From assembly GCA_024275095.1 (NCBI GenBank), contig JAJRZV010000074.1:1-56322 (forward strand): a stretch of DNA of 56,322 bases, in the 5' to 3' direction. This DNA is from a bacterium (GTDB lineage Bacteria; JAJRZV01). The notes beneath the pieces were generated by a model. That model worked only from the letters and a program-made list of their open reading frames with translations, was not told the DNA's origin and did no database searches. A program made the translations under genes and the position numbers. Positions 17,118 to 27,486 of this stretch are shown piece after piece. Positions within the stretch are counted from its first letter, which is position 1; each line of letters opens with the position of its first letter.

Positions 17118-18777
17118 AGCACTTTTCGCGGCGCTTCTCGTAACTTTGACCCCCTTGTCAGCACCGGGAGCGAATCCTGACGTGGTTTTTAAAGCCATGG
17201 AAAAGGAAATGAAGCGGAACATGAAAGGCCTTCACATGGAAGATTACAAACGCCCGTATTTCATGGCTTACAGACTCACTGAAGTTGACGTGCTTTCACT
17301 TGAAGCAAGGTACGGCGCACTTGTCCAAAATTACCGGAACACCTACAGGGTTATCTATACAGAGGTGCGGGTAGGTGATTACAAGTTCGACAACACCGGA
17401 GACAATGCATACCGCCTCGGAGCTCGTATTGGCGAAAACATAGACTACTACGCGCCAGTTGAGGATGACCCGAAAGCCCTGATGCACAAACTCTGGCTGA
17501 TGTCAGATATCAGGTACAAAGAAGCGATTAACCAGTACATGAAAAAAAAGGGCCAAAATATCTTCAGACCACGAGAAGACCTGATCGACTTTACTCACGA
17601 GAAAAAAGTTGTCTACATGGGCTCACCCGTCTCTCTCAACCTGGACTCCCAACGTGCTGTAGAGCTCGTAAAAAAAGTTTCTGCCGTGTTCAAAGAGTAT
17701 CCAGAAATTATCAACTCTTCAGTTTCGTTCGATGCAAGGGCTGTCAACAAATACTTCATCAATTCAGAGGGCACACGTATACTCCAGGGTTCCACGTCCT
17801 ACTACATTCGCATAGATGCGAGAACAAAAGCGGAAGACGGCATGCCGGTTCAAAACTTTCACACGTTCTTCTTTACATCCCCGGAAGATATTCCGCCCGA
17901 AGACGAAATCATCCAGGCAGCCCACGATGTGGCGGAACAGCTTATCAAACTGAAAAAAGCCAAGGAGATGGAACCCTATTCCGGCCCTGCCATTTTGACC
18001 GCAGAAGTCGCCGGAGTGTTTTTTCACGAAGTCCTGGGACACCGTCTTGAAGGGGAACGTCAGCGCAGCGAGATGGAAGGAAAAACATTCTCGAAAAAAC
18101 TCGGTGAAAAAATTGCACCAGGGTTTATAGACATTATTGACGATCCCACACTTGAAAGTTTCCAGGGAACGAAACTGGCTGGTCATTATCTGTACGACGA
18201 TGAAGGTGTACCTGCCCAGAAGGTTGCACTTGTAAAAAATGGGGTTCTGAAAAACTATCTCACCTCGCGCACCCCCCCAAAAGGTTACAAGCATTCCAAC
18301 GGCCACGGACGTGCTGCAGATATTCAAAAACCCATGGCCCGTATGGGCAATCTCATCGTGAAATCGCACAAAGAAATGCCTTATGAGGAGCTTAAAAAGA
18401 AGTTGCTGGAACTCTTACGAGAAAAAAACAAGCCTTTCGGCTTTATTCTTAAAAAAGCCCGAGGAGGAGAAACAAATACCTCACGCTTCGGGTTTCAGGC
18501 ATTCAAAGGCAAACCGGTTCTTGTTTACAAAGTTTACGCCAAAGACGGACGAGAAGAGCTTGTAAGAGGCGTCGAAATTGTAGGAACTCCCCTTATCACC
18601 ATCAATAAGATCGTAGCGACCGGTAACGATTACGGTGTCTTCAACGGCTACTGCGGTGCAGAAAGTGGTTACATACCGGTCTCCACAGTAGCTCCGAGTA
18701 TCCTGGTCTCAGAAATTGAACTCCAGAAAACTGCCGCACGCAAAAAACGTCCACCCATACTCAAACCCCCGTTGTAA
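17092..18777 (+). CDS. TldD/PmbA family metalloprotease with N-terminal signal peptide
   Basis: HEVLGHRLE, YDDEG, SNGHGR, GYCGAESG; hydrophobic leader. Confidence 0.88.
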   Translation: MLLKKYLVKALFAALLVTLTPLSAPGANPDVVFKAMEKEMKRNMKGLHMEDYKRPYFMAYRLTEVDVLSLEARYGALVQNYRNTYRVIYTEVRVGDYKFDNTGDNAYRLGARIGENIDYYAPVEDDPKALMHKLWLMSDIRYKEAINQYMKKKGQNIFRPREDLIDFTHEKKVVYMGSPVSLNLDSQRAVELVKKVSAVFKEYPEIINSSVSFDARAVNKYFINSEGTRILQGSTSYYIRIDARTKAEDGMPVQNFHTFFFTSPEDIPPEDEIIQAAHDVAEQLIKLKKAKEMEPYSGPAILTAEVAGVFFHEVLGHRLEGERQRSEMEGKTFSKKLGEKIAPGFIDIIDDPTLESFQGTKLAGHYLYDDEGVPAQKVALVKNGVLKNYLTSRTPPKGYKHSNGHGRAADIQKPMARMGNLIVKSHKEMPYEELKKKLLELLREKNKPFGFILKKARGGETNTSRFGFQAFKGKPVLVYKVYAKDGREELVRGVEIVGTPLITINKIVATGNDYGVFNGYCGAESGYIPVSTVAPSILVSEIELQKTAARKKRPPILKPPL

Positions 18778-18782
18778 CAAAT

Positions 18783-19559
18783 GTGGTGAAATTAAAACGT
18801 ACATCTATTGCATTATTACTCTTTTGTATTTTTCAGAATTTCTATTTGCCTGCAAAATCAGAGGCCAGATGCGCATTCGCTCCGGAAGAAATGATCAAAA
18901 TCACACTGGAACTTCCGGATGCGCAGCCATCTTCCGAATTCAAAAAACTTATCGGAGATATAATCAACCATTACCTTTTCACCCCGTACAACGCATACCC
19001 CCATGGGAAAGGCATGGAAGTAAAATTTCTTTCACATTTCATACAAATGCAAAACGCTACATACTGGAATGATGCACTGACATCCAGTTATTCTAACAGG
19101 AACTTTTTTCAGGCTATTGGAGTTACTCTTGTAAAAGGTCTTCCGCTGGATGTGGATTTTGGTTTCACCTATATGAAAAACCTGGACTTCTGTGATCAGA
19201 CATTCATGTGGTCACTGAGCTGGGCTCCCATTCCGGGATGGGAATCACTTTATGCTTTTTCAGTGAGAACGGACTTTTTCTACCTGTACGGCAATGGCTT
19301 TTATTTTGCCTACGGAACAAACATAGGGGCTACCATATCCAAACGGATCGGAAGATTTACCCCCTATGCGGGTGTTATCATCACGTTCACAAAGGCATTT
19401 TCAGCCTCTTATTATCGAAAATACCTCGGAGCACCCTTTATATTTTCCGGGAAAGGCACAATCGGATTAAACTACAACCTTTCATTTATTCAGATAGGAA
19501 TGCAATTCTCCATTTCCAGTCTGGTCAGTTACACACTGACGGTTGGAGGAAGGTTTTAA
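18783..19559 (+). CDS. Putative outer-membrane beta-barrel protein
   Basis: Signal peptide, aromatic-rich alternating strands, terminal GGRF. Confidence 0.6.
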   Translation: MVKLKRTSIALLLFCIFQNFYLPAKSEARCAFAPEEMIKITLELPDAQPSSEFKKLIGDIINHYLFTPYNAYPHGKGMEVKFLSHFIQMQNATYWNDALTSSYSNRNFFQAIGVTLVKGLPLDVDFGFTYMKNLDFCDQTFMWSLSWAPIPGWESLYAFSVRTDFFYLYGNGFYFAYGTNIGATISKRIGRFTPYAGVIITFTKAFSASYYRKYLGAPFIFSGKGTIGLNYNLSFIQIGMQFSISSLVSYTLTVGGRF

Positions 19560-20236
19560 CGATATTTGCGCAGTACAAGACGCCTCTTGAGCCTTTTAAT
19601 TTTCCACCTCATGTATTCGGGGTTATAACCTTTTTGCAATGCTTCGGTTGCGGTCTGAATGGCTGCCTTCAATTTTTCCTGAGATTCATATAACCGGACA
19701 AGCCTGAAATAAGCGGTTTCCTGAATGTCTCTGGGATAGGAACCTTTTACAAGTTTGCGACATATTGATATGGCTCTATCTATCTGACCGAGGGCCTCCT
19801 CTGCACGTGACAGAAGAAGATACATTCGCCCTGACTGATACCCTTCTCTTATCAATCGGTCAACAAGCAGTTTCATTTGAAAATAATTTTTCTGCATTTC
19901 GAAGCATTGACACATTTTTGAAACGATATCTTCAACATCATCTGTACGTGCCCTTTCCAGCGCTGAAAAATAGTACTCAAGCGCCTGGGCACATCTGTCC
20001 GTGTAATAAAAATGATCTGCAAGTGTCAGGTACACCTGTGTACAAACATCCGTTCCTCCAGAAAGATTACATGCCTGAAGAAGCAGGCGTTCTCCTTCCT
20101 GCTCGCGAGAAGGAGAATTCAGCAGACGATTTCCCTCTGAAAGAAGTTCCTTAACGGAATAATCCGTGCTCTTCTCCGCAAATTGGCATGAAAAAGCACC
20201 TGCTGCAATGCTGACTATAACCAGGAAATACCGCAT
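19556..20236 (-). CDS. TPR-repeat lipoprotein
   Basis: MRYFLVIVSIAAGAFS-C lipobox; TPR-like helical repeats; downstream of gyrA. Confidence 0.7.
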   Translation of the reverse strand: MRYFLVIVSIAAGAFSCQFAEKSTDYSVKELLSEGNRLLNSPSREQEGERLLLQACNLSGGTDVCTQVYLTLADHFYYTDRCAQALEYYFSALERARTDDVEDIVSKMCQCFEMQKNYFQMKLLVDRLIREGYQSGRMYLLLSRAEEALGQIDRAISICRKLVKGSYPRDIQETAYFRLVRLYESQEKLKAAIQTATEALQKGYNPEYMRWKIKRLKRRLVLRKYR

Positions 20237-20237
20237 A

Positions 20238-22669
20238 TCAGGCCTCTTCGGGCCTGATGATAGCCACATCTGCAACCTCTTCGTCTTTGTCGCATTTCAT
20301 AATCCGTACACCTGATGCTGCGCGGCCGAATTGTGACACCTCGCGTGCACTGAATTTGATGATTTTACCCTTGGTGCTTGTAAGGATTACTTCATCATCT
20401 TCCGATACAGGAAGGGCATTGATCACACGGCCCGTCTTCTCCGTCACCTTTACAGCGATTACGCCTCCGCCGCCACGGTTCTGCCGTCGAAATGCCGAAA
20501 AGTTTACTCTCTTGCCGTAGCCCCTGGCACTGACAATCAACATGGCCTTGCCTTCTTCTACAGGTACACCACAAACAACTGCGTCGCCTTCAGAAAGGCT
20601 GATTCCCCGGACGCCATGAGCTGTACGTGCCATTGGTCGTACCCCGCTTTCGCTAAACCGAATTCCTTTACCGCGGGCAGTAACAAGGACAATGTCGCTC
20701 TTTCCATCGGTAAGAAAGGCGTTCACAAGAGTATTGCCCTCTGCAAGTTCAATGGCAGAAATACCTGTCACCCTGGGGTTGGAAAAAGCCGAGAGGGTGG
20801 TTTTTTTCACAATGCCACTGCGAGTCACAAAAAAGACGTAGCGATCTGCGCTGAACTCCCTTACATTAAGACATGCCGCCACATTCTCTCCAGCCTGAAG
20901 TTGAATGAGGTTTTTTACGTGAATTCCCTTGGCAAGTCTCCCCGCCTGAGGAATCTGGTGGACTCGAAGCCAGTACACGCGGCCTTTATCCGTAAAGAAC
21001 ATCATATAATCCTTGGTATTCGCCATGAATATGGAATCCACAATGTCATCCTGCCTTACTTCCAGACCCTTGACCCCCTTTCCACCCCTGCGCTGAGAGC
21101 GGAAAAGGGTGAGAGGAATGCGCTTGATGTATCCTGTCCGCGTATAAATGACAACCATGTTTTCTTCGGGTATGAGCTCTTCATCGCTGAAATCCTTTTC
21201 TCCTTCTACAATGTCGGTTTTGCGCTCATCGCCGAATTTTTCTTTGACTTCGGTAATTTCGCGGATGATAAGGTCGTTAACCTTTTTGTCACTGCGCAGG
21301 ATGCTCTCAAGTTCGTCAATAAGTTTCTTTATCTGTTTAAGTTCATCAAGAATGGCCTGGCGCTCAAGCGCTGTAAGTTTTTCCAGTTTCATATCAAGAA
21401 TGGCCTTGGCCTGGATCTCGGTAATATCAAATTCCTTCATCAGGGCTTCACGCGCAGCCGCCGGATTTTTTGAGGCTCGAATGAGCTCGATACATCTGTC
21501 GAGATTGTCCACTGCTACTTTCAGCCCTTCGAGTATGTGTTCTCTCTGTCTGGCCCTTTCCAGCTCAAAGTGCGTCCTGCGCCTTATAACCTCCCTGCGG
21601 TGAGATACAAAAATATCCAGTGCTTCTTTTAAATTGAGAAGTTTTGGTTGGTTGTGATGAAGCGCGAGCAAAATAATACCAAAGGTTGTTTGAAGAGGGG
21701 TCAGCTTATAAAGTTGCTTGAGTACCACCCCTGAATTTTCGCCGCGTTTAATCTCCACAATAATCCTCATGCCCTCCCTGTCTGATTCATCCCTGATATC
21801 AGCCACGCCCCGGATTCTCTCCTGCCTGGCGAGTTCAGCAATTTTTTCTATCAATTTTGCCTTGTTAACCATGTAAGGAATTTCCGTAATAACAATCGTT
21901 TCGCGTTCGCCCTTTTCTCTTTCAATGTACGCGCGACCGCGTACCGTGATAATACCCTTCCCTGTCCTGTAGGCTTCTTTGATTTCCCTGCTCCCGATAA
22001 TCATTCCCCGCGTTGGAAAATCAGGTCCCTTAACAATATCCATGAGCTCTTCAATGGAACAACGCGGGTTTTGCACAAGATAAATAATGGCATCGCAAAT
22101 TTCTGTCAGGTTATGCGGAGGTATGTTTGTGGCCATACCCACGGCAATGCCTGATGACCCGTTAACAAGCAGGTTGGGGACACGTGATGGAAGAACCACC
22201 GGCTCTCTTAAACTACCGTCATAATTGGGCACAAAGTCCACAGTGTCTTTCTCGATATCTTCCAGCAACATTTCGGCCATCGTGCTCATGCGCACTTCCG
22301 TGTATCGCATGGCTGCCGGCGGGTCCCCGTCCATAGAACCAAAATTGCCCTGGCCTTCTACCAGCAGATACCGCATGGAAAAGTCCTGCGCCATCCGGAC
22401 AAGTGCGTCGTAAACAGCAGCGTCACCGTGGGGATGGTACTTACCGATGACGTCTCCAACTACTCTTGCGGACTTTCTGAATGGTTTGTCGTGAGTATTA
22501 CGGCTTCGTACATGGCGTAGAGGATTCGACGGTGAACAGGTTTGAGACCATCACGTGCGTCAGGAAGTGCCCTTCCTACAATAACGCTCATTGCGTAGTC
22601 GAGATATGAACGTCTCAGTTCGCGATCAATGGTGGTTTCAATAAACTCCCTGGCAAACTGCTGTTCCAT
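20238..22669 (-). CDS. gyrA: DNA gyrase subunit A, interrupted by a 1-nt frameshift at ~22500
   Basis: [26 protein letters not shown] in ORF 22460-22669, continuing as [18 protein letters not shown] in the other frame; AAMRYTE catalytic Tyr; GyrA-box QRRGGKG. Confidence 0.95.
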
Positions 22670-22684
22670 ATACCGACCTCCTCG

Positions 22685-23677
22685 TTACTCTTTTCTTTCT
22701 GCCACATAATGGCACAACTCATTTAGTCTAAGAATATATTCACCATTACTTTTAAACACTTCTCTCAGGTGTGCATTCGCCCTTCTGGCATACTCTTGTG
22801 CAAGTCTTCTGGTATCCCGTGCTCCTCCGTAATTAAGTACCAGTGATAAAATTGTCTGGATTTGATCTTCATCCTCGTTGGCAGCAAACTGCTGCTTTGA
22901 AAGGAAATCCTTAATGTGCTTTCGCTCCAAATTTGATGCCCTTTCATAAGCGAGAACGAGTGGCAATGTGATTTTATGCTCACGAAGATCTTTACCCGGG
23001 GTCTTTCCTGTTCTCTCCTCTATAGAATCATAGTCCAGTGCATCGTCGGCGAGTTGGAATGCGATACCAAAATCCAGCCCGAATTTTCTCAAAGCACGAC
23101 GGGCCTCAGGAGATGAATTAATTCCAATAGCCGGTAATTCACAGGCACACGCCATGAGATACGCTGTTTTGCGGGTAATAATTTCCATGTAGGTCTCACT
23201 ATTAAATTTATCTATATCGGTGTTGTAAAGCTGAATCGCTTCACCTTCGACCATCTTTATTACCACGTCGAGCAAAATCCTCATAACCTCCTGATTGTCA
23301 AGTTCCAGAGCTACCTGAGAAGCGTAAGCGAGAATATAATCTCCTGCCAGAACACTGACCTTGTTGCCCCATACCACATTTGCAGAAGGTTTACCTCGCC
23401 GCATTTCTGCCACATCCACCACGTCATCGTGAATAAGCGTCGCGGTATGAAGAAGCTCCACGATGGCTCCGGCCTTGAGAATAAAATCCTCGGGCGCCCT
23501 GACCAGCTTCCCACATAAACACGTTAAAAGCGGCCTGATACGTTTACCACCACTCTGTAAGATGTAAGAACTTACCTGCGGCAACAACTGAACCTCATGG
23601 TTGACGATAGACTGCATGTACTCATCAATGCGCCTCAATTGTGCTTTCACAGGTTTCACAATTTCCTGATACTTCAC
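22685..23677 (-). CDS. ispB: Polyprenyl diphosphate synthase (IspB/HepT-like)
   Basis: GGKRIRP, HDDVVD...RRG, FQLADD, GKDL..KITLP. Confidence 0.88.
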   Translation of the reverse strand: MKYQEIVKPVKAQLRRIDEYMQSIVNHEVQLLPQVSSYILQSGGKRIRPLLTCLCGKLVRAPEDFILKAGAIVELLHTATLIHDDVVDVAEMRRGKPSANVVWGNKVSVLAGDYILAYASQVALELDNQEVMRILLDVVIKMVEGEAIQLYNTDIDKFNSETYMEIITRKTAYLMACACELPAIGINSSPEARRALRKFGLDFGIAFQLADDALDYDSIEERTGKTPGKDLREHKITLPLVLAYERASNLERKHIKDFLSKQQFAANEDEDQIQTILSLVLNYGGARDTRRLAQEYARRANAHLREVFKSNGEYILRLNELCHYVAERKE

Positions 23678-23805
23678 TTTTCACCCTCACCTGCCGTCAA
23701 AACATGTTGCTCTAACACCGGTGACTCATTCTCCGGGAACACTGCGTTCATTAAAGTCCGCAAGACTTCAGGCATATATGCATGGAGAAGCGCCAGGAAT
23801 TCATT

Positions 23806-24627
23806 TTATCCAGCGTGCCCCAATCTTTTAAGCAAAGTTCTTCGTGCCTTTTTTAATACCCGCGCGGCTGTAATTAGCTCTCGCCCTGTAGGATCTATCG
23901 AAACGAGACGGCTCTTCTCGCCTTCCCGAAGCACCTCTATCGCAGCGCTGACAGAAGCATTTATGCAGGCTGTTACATTAAAACGTGTTCCGTTGGCGAG
24001 TACGTCTTTCACCTCCTGTGAAGGAGACTTGCGCCTGACCATATTGTTAACCCGTTGAATAAAAATCAGGCTGGAAAACAATCGTTTGTTTGTTTTAAAA
24101 GAAAACAGTACACTTTTCAGTGTCCTTTCCATGAGTTCATCATCTTTGCGATCTGACTCTTTAATAATAAGCGGGGCTGTACGAATAAGATTTCCTCCTA
24201 CCACGGAATCAGCCCAGTATTCCCAGGCGATATGTGTGCTTCTTGGAACATGAGCGCCACGAATTAACGCGGAAGGAATAAAAAAATTGTGTGAGATAGT
24301 ATCAGAGGCAAGATGGGCAAGGTACCCATAGCTGAAAGCCTTCTGGCGCTGACCAACCGAGTTCTTCAACATCTGGAAAGCGAACTTCCAGTTATGACAA
24401 TGTTCATGATATGGAGCCAGATTTTTACCAAGAATTACATCAGCGCCTATCATGCCATACATAAAATCATAGATATACCTGGTAATGATAAGAGCAATAC
24501 CTCCGGGTAAAGACGAGGTCGCTCGCAGAACCCCTTCAGCAATATTCAAATGAGTTCCCGGCGCCCATGCCCAGGCCTCATGGGGAATAAGTAAAATTAC
24601 AACAACGAGTGTCAAAAACACAATCAT
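23806..24627 (-). CDS. Zinc-dependent phospholipase C family protein
   Basis: Signal peptide then W-x4-H (WAPGTH), HLASD..SHN, H...E. Confidence 0.8.
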   Translation of the reverse strand: MIVFLTLVVVILLIPHEAWAWAPGTHLNIAEGVLRATSSLPGGIALIITRYIYDFMYGMIGADVILGKNLAPYHEHCHNWKFAFQMLKNSVGQRQKAFSYGYLAHLASDTISHNFFIPSALIRGAHVPRSTHIAWEYWADSVVGGNLIRTAPLIIKESDRKDDELMERTLKSVLFSFKTNKRLFSSLIFIQRVNNMVRRKSPSQEVKDVLANGTRFNVTACINASVSAAIEVLREGEKSRLVSIDPTGRELITAARVLKKARRTLLKRLGHAG

Positions 24628-24714
24628 TTACTCGCTCCCACCCCAATTTTACTCCAGTATCTTCCATATTTCCTATTTAATCCTGCGTCAGAAATTACTG
24701 CGACCCTGTTTATT

Positions 24715-25896
24715 TCAGGCCGATATCTTTTTCAACAGGTGCACGGCAAAATGAAACTTGTCCGAAGCGGAAATTTCCTGCTTTTTTCCGTCAGGCGAAA
24801 TCAGAAAACCGCTGACCTCTCCACTCCCGAAACTCTCCGGAATTTTGTTAGCGACAATAAAATCCAGCCCTTTGTCACGTAACTTTTTCAACGAATTTTC
24901 AAACAGATCATGAGTTTCTGCTGAAAAACCCACAAATAAGCGATTTTTTTTCAAGTGCTGGATAGATTTCAAAATGTCTTCTGTTCTTATCAAATTCAGT
25001 GTAAAGTTTCCCCTGTCCTTTTTTATTTTTCGCTCTTCAATAATATCGGGCCTGAAATCAGCCACGGCAGCTGACATGATAAGCACATCCGCTGACTCCA
25101 GTTCATCGCGAACTGCTTCCAGCATTTCCACTGCAGAAACAATTTCTTTTACATTGATCTGTGACGGCACTCTGGGATGCAGGGGTCCTGTAATCAATGT
25201 AACATCAGCACCCAGAGCATAACTTGCTTTCGCCAGCTCCACCCCCATAATTCCGGTTGAACCGTTTGTGAGGAATCTGACAGGGTCTAAATATTCACGC
25301 GTGGCCCCCCCGGTAACAAGAATTCTCTTACCTTTAAAAGGTCCAGAGGCAACAGCCCGCAAAATTTCAAGAACAATGTCATCAATATGGGCAAGACGCC
25401 CTTCCCCTTCTTCACCACATGCAAGATACCCACTGCCAGGGTCCACAAATGTAAATCCTTTTGCTTTTAATTCTTCCACGTTCCTCTTTACAACAGCATT
25501 TTTCCACATACGTACGTTCATGGCAGGTGCTACCACCACAGGACCTTCATGAGCAAGGACGGAGGCAGTAAGAATATCATCTGCAAGCCCTGCAGCAAGC
25601 TTGCCAATAATATTTGCTGTTGCAGGAGCAATGATAAACGCCTGTGCACCTCTTGAAACTTCAATATGATCAATTCCTTCCTCTCCCATTTCAAAGGGAC
25701 TTAACAGAACCCTGTGACCACTGAGTGTCTGGAAAACAAGCGGTGTCATAAACTGCTGGGCTCCTGGTGACATAACAACGTGAACATCACAGCCCAGGTC
25801 TCTCAGTTGTCTGATAATTTCGGGAGCTTTATAAATGGCGATACTTCCCGTAACTCCCAAAACGACTTTTTTACCCTCAAGAAAATCTTTTTTCAT
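24715..25896 (-). CDS. coaBC: Bifunctional phosphopantothenoylcysteine decarboxylase/ligase
   Basis: GVTGSIAIYK, PAMN, LACGEEGEGR, DPVRFLTNGSTG, AAVADF. Confidence 0.95.
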   Translation of the reverse strand: MKKDFLEGKKVVLGVTGSIAIYKAPEIIRQLRDLGCDVHVVMSPGAQQFMTPLVFQTLSGHRVLLSPFEMGEEGIDHIEVSRGAQAFIIAPATANIIGKLAAGLADDILTASVLAHEGPVVVAPAMNVRMWKNAVVKRNVEELKAKGFTFVDPGSGYLACGEEGEGRLAHIDDIVLEILRAVASGPFKGKRILVTGGATREYLDPVRFLTNGSTGIMGVELAKASYALGADVTLITGPLHPRVPSQINVKEIVSAVEMLEAVRDELESADVLIMSAAVADFRPDIIEERKIKKDRGNFTLNLIRTEDILKSIQHLKKNRLFVGFSAETHDLFENSLKKLRDKGLDFIVANKIPESFGSGEVSGFLISPDGKKQEISASDKFHFAVHLLKKISA

Positions 25897-26014
25897 TTCC
25901 TTTCAGTCCGATGTGGTTTTGTAACAGTGTATATTTTCTGGTATCATTCAGCCAAATGAAAGGTTTTTCGATATTAAAAGCACAACGTCGCGATAGACCA
26001 GCAATACTGTTTCA

Positions 26015-27484
26015 ATGAAGATAACAAAGGGGTCATTGCTGTTGGCGGCAGCCATTTCATTCTCAGCAACCTCTGCATCTGCCCAATTTTTAAAAGGGCT
26101 TAAAGAAGCCTCTCGAAAAGACCTGTCAAAGCCACCTGTCGTCCAGCCCGTACCGGTACTGACCTCCAAGCTATTCGTTACCATTCGGGGTAAGACATTT
26201 CCAGGTGCGTATGTGTTTATTACAGGAGGCTCATCTCCTGCAGGAATCATGGCCGACCCATCAACCGGAGAATTTGAAATTGACGTATTTTTACGACCAG
26301 AAACTATAAATAAACTTTCTATCAGAGCCATAGATCGGCGAGGGCGCACCACACCTTCTACTGTTGTTGAAATTCAACAAACGCTTACGCCTGCAGAAGC
26401 TCCCATTGTGTACACGTATGAAGAATACACCAATAAAACCATGGTAGACATTCACGGTCGCACGCGGCCGGGATACAAAGTTGTTGCGTATGGTGGGAGA
26501 TACCCTTCTACAGCAAAAGCAAGTGAAACAGGTGACTTTACAATAAGTGTGTACTTGAACGCCAACGCTACAAACCGCATCCGGATTGCGGCAGTTGATC
26601 GCGTGGGCAACATGAGCCCTTTTACAGAAATCGAAATTGTACATGACTCCGTCCCACCTTATCCTCCTGCCGTCACACGATATCCCACAAAAACACGTAA
26701 AACTCTCATCACCGTGGAAGGCACAGCAGAACCCTCAGCCAAGGTTGTGTTTGAAGGGACGGTTAAAAAGCAGACCATTCCTGTGGATGAATACGGACAT
26801 TTTAAGGGTTTACTGGAGATAGAAAAGTTTACACTTTCAAGCCGGGTTAACCGCATTTACGTGTACGCTGTAGATCGCGCCGGCAATAAAAGCGAACCTA
26901 CAGAAATTATCATTACGCATGTGCACTTCTTTAAAAAACACATGCTTCATGTGCGCTCGGGGTTTCACATCTATCCACCATCTGATTTTCTCACAGACAT
27001 ACAGACAAAACCCTCTGAAACCCTCGGACCTGCACTGGAAGTATCATACGATTATGTATTTAAAGCTCCATTCTCTATCGGTGCATCAGTGGGCACGTAT
27101 GGTTCCCTCGGCAATACTGTTCTTGCCTCGTATATCAATACAAAATATGACATCTATACAGTTGCATTTTATGTACTTCTGCGTCCTTCCCTTCACTTCA
27201 TGCTGGAAAAATTCGACATATATCTCACTGTAAGCGGGGGTTTTCTCAATTTGGTTAAAATCGTCCAGACCAGACAGGGAACAAGCTCCTCTACAAACCT
27301 TAACAATTTCCAGACGTGGCTGGTAAAGTTCAGCGTGGGGGTGGATTACTATTTCAGAGATGAGTGGTCTGTGGGTATTGAGGAGTCGTATGGTGTTTCA
27401 TATATACCCAGCGCCAACGAAATCGGTTCTTATTTTGACCCGGGTGGAAACGTAATTACCATCAATGCCGGATACCACTTTTAA
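26015..27484 (+). CDS. Secreted protein with three Ig-like repeats and C-terminal outer-membrane beta-barrel
   Basis: Signal peptide; three repeats of G.T.P...G.F...N.I.I.A.DR.G; C-terminal amphipathic strands ending GYHF. Confidence 0.7.
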   Translation: MKITKGSLLLAAAISFSATSASAQFLKGLKEASRKDLSKPPVVQPVPVLTSKLFVTIRGKTFPGAYVFITGGSSPAGIMADPSTGEFEIDVFLRPETINKLSIRAIDRRGRTTPSTVVEIQQTLTPAEAPIVYTYEEYTNKTMVDIHGRTRPGYKVVAYGGRYPSTAKASETGDFTISVYLNANATNRIRIAAVDRVGNMSPFTEIEIVHDSVPPYPPAVTRYPTKTRKTLITVEGTAEPSAKVVFEGTVKKQTIPVDEYGHFKGLLEIEKFTLSSRVNRIYVYAVDRAGNKSEPTEIIITHVHFFKKHMLHVRSGFHIYPPSDFLTDIQTKPSETLGPALEVSYDYVFKAPFSIGASVGTYGSLGNTVLASYINTKYDIYTVAFYVLLRPSLHFMLEKFDIYLTVSGGFLNLVKIVQTRQGTSSSTNLNNFQTWLVKFSVGVDYYFRDEWSVGIEESYGVSYIPSANEIGSYFDPGGNVITINAGYHF

Positions 27485-27486
27485 AG

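Noticed and set aside
22460..22669. Separate 69-aa gene, or programmed frameshifting
   Set aside because: It is the GyrA N-terminus; no slippery heptamer or stimulatory structure at the shift
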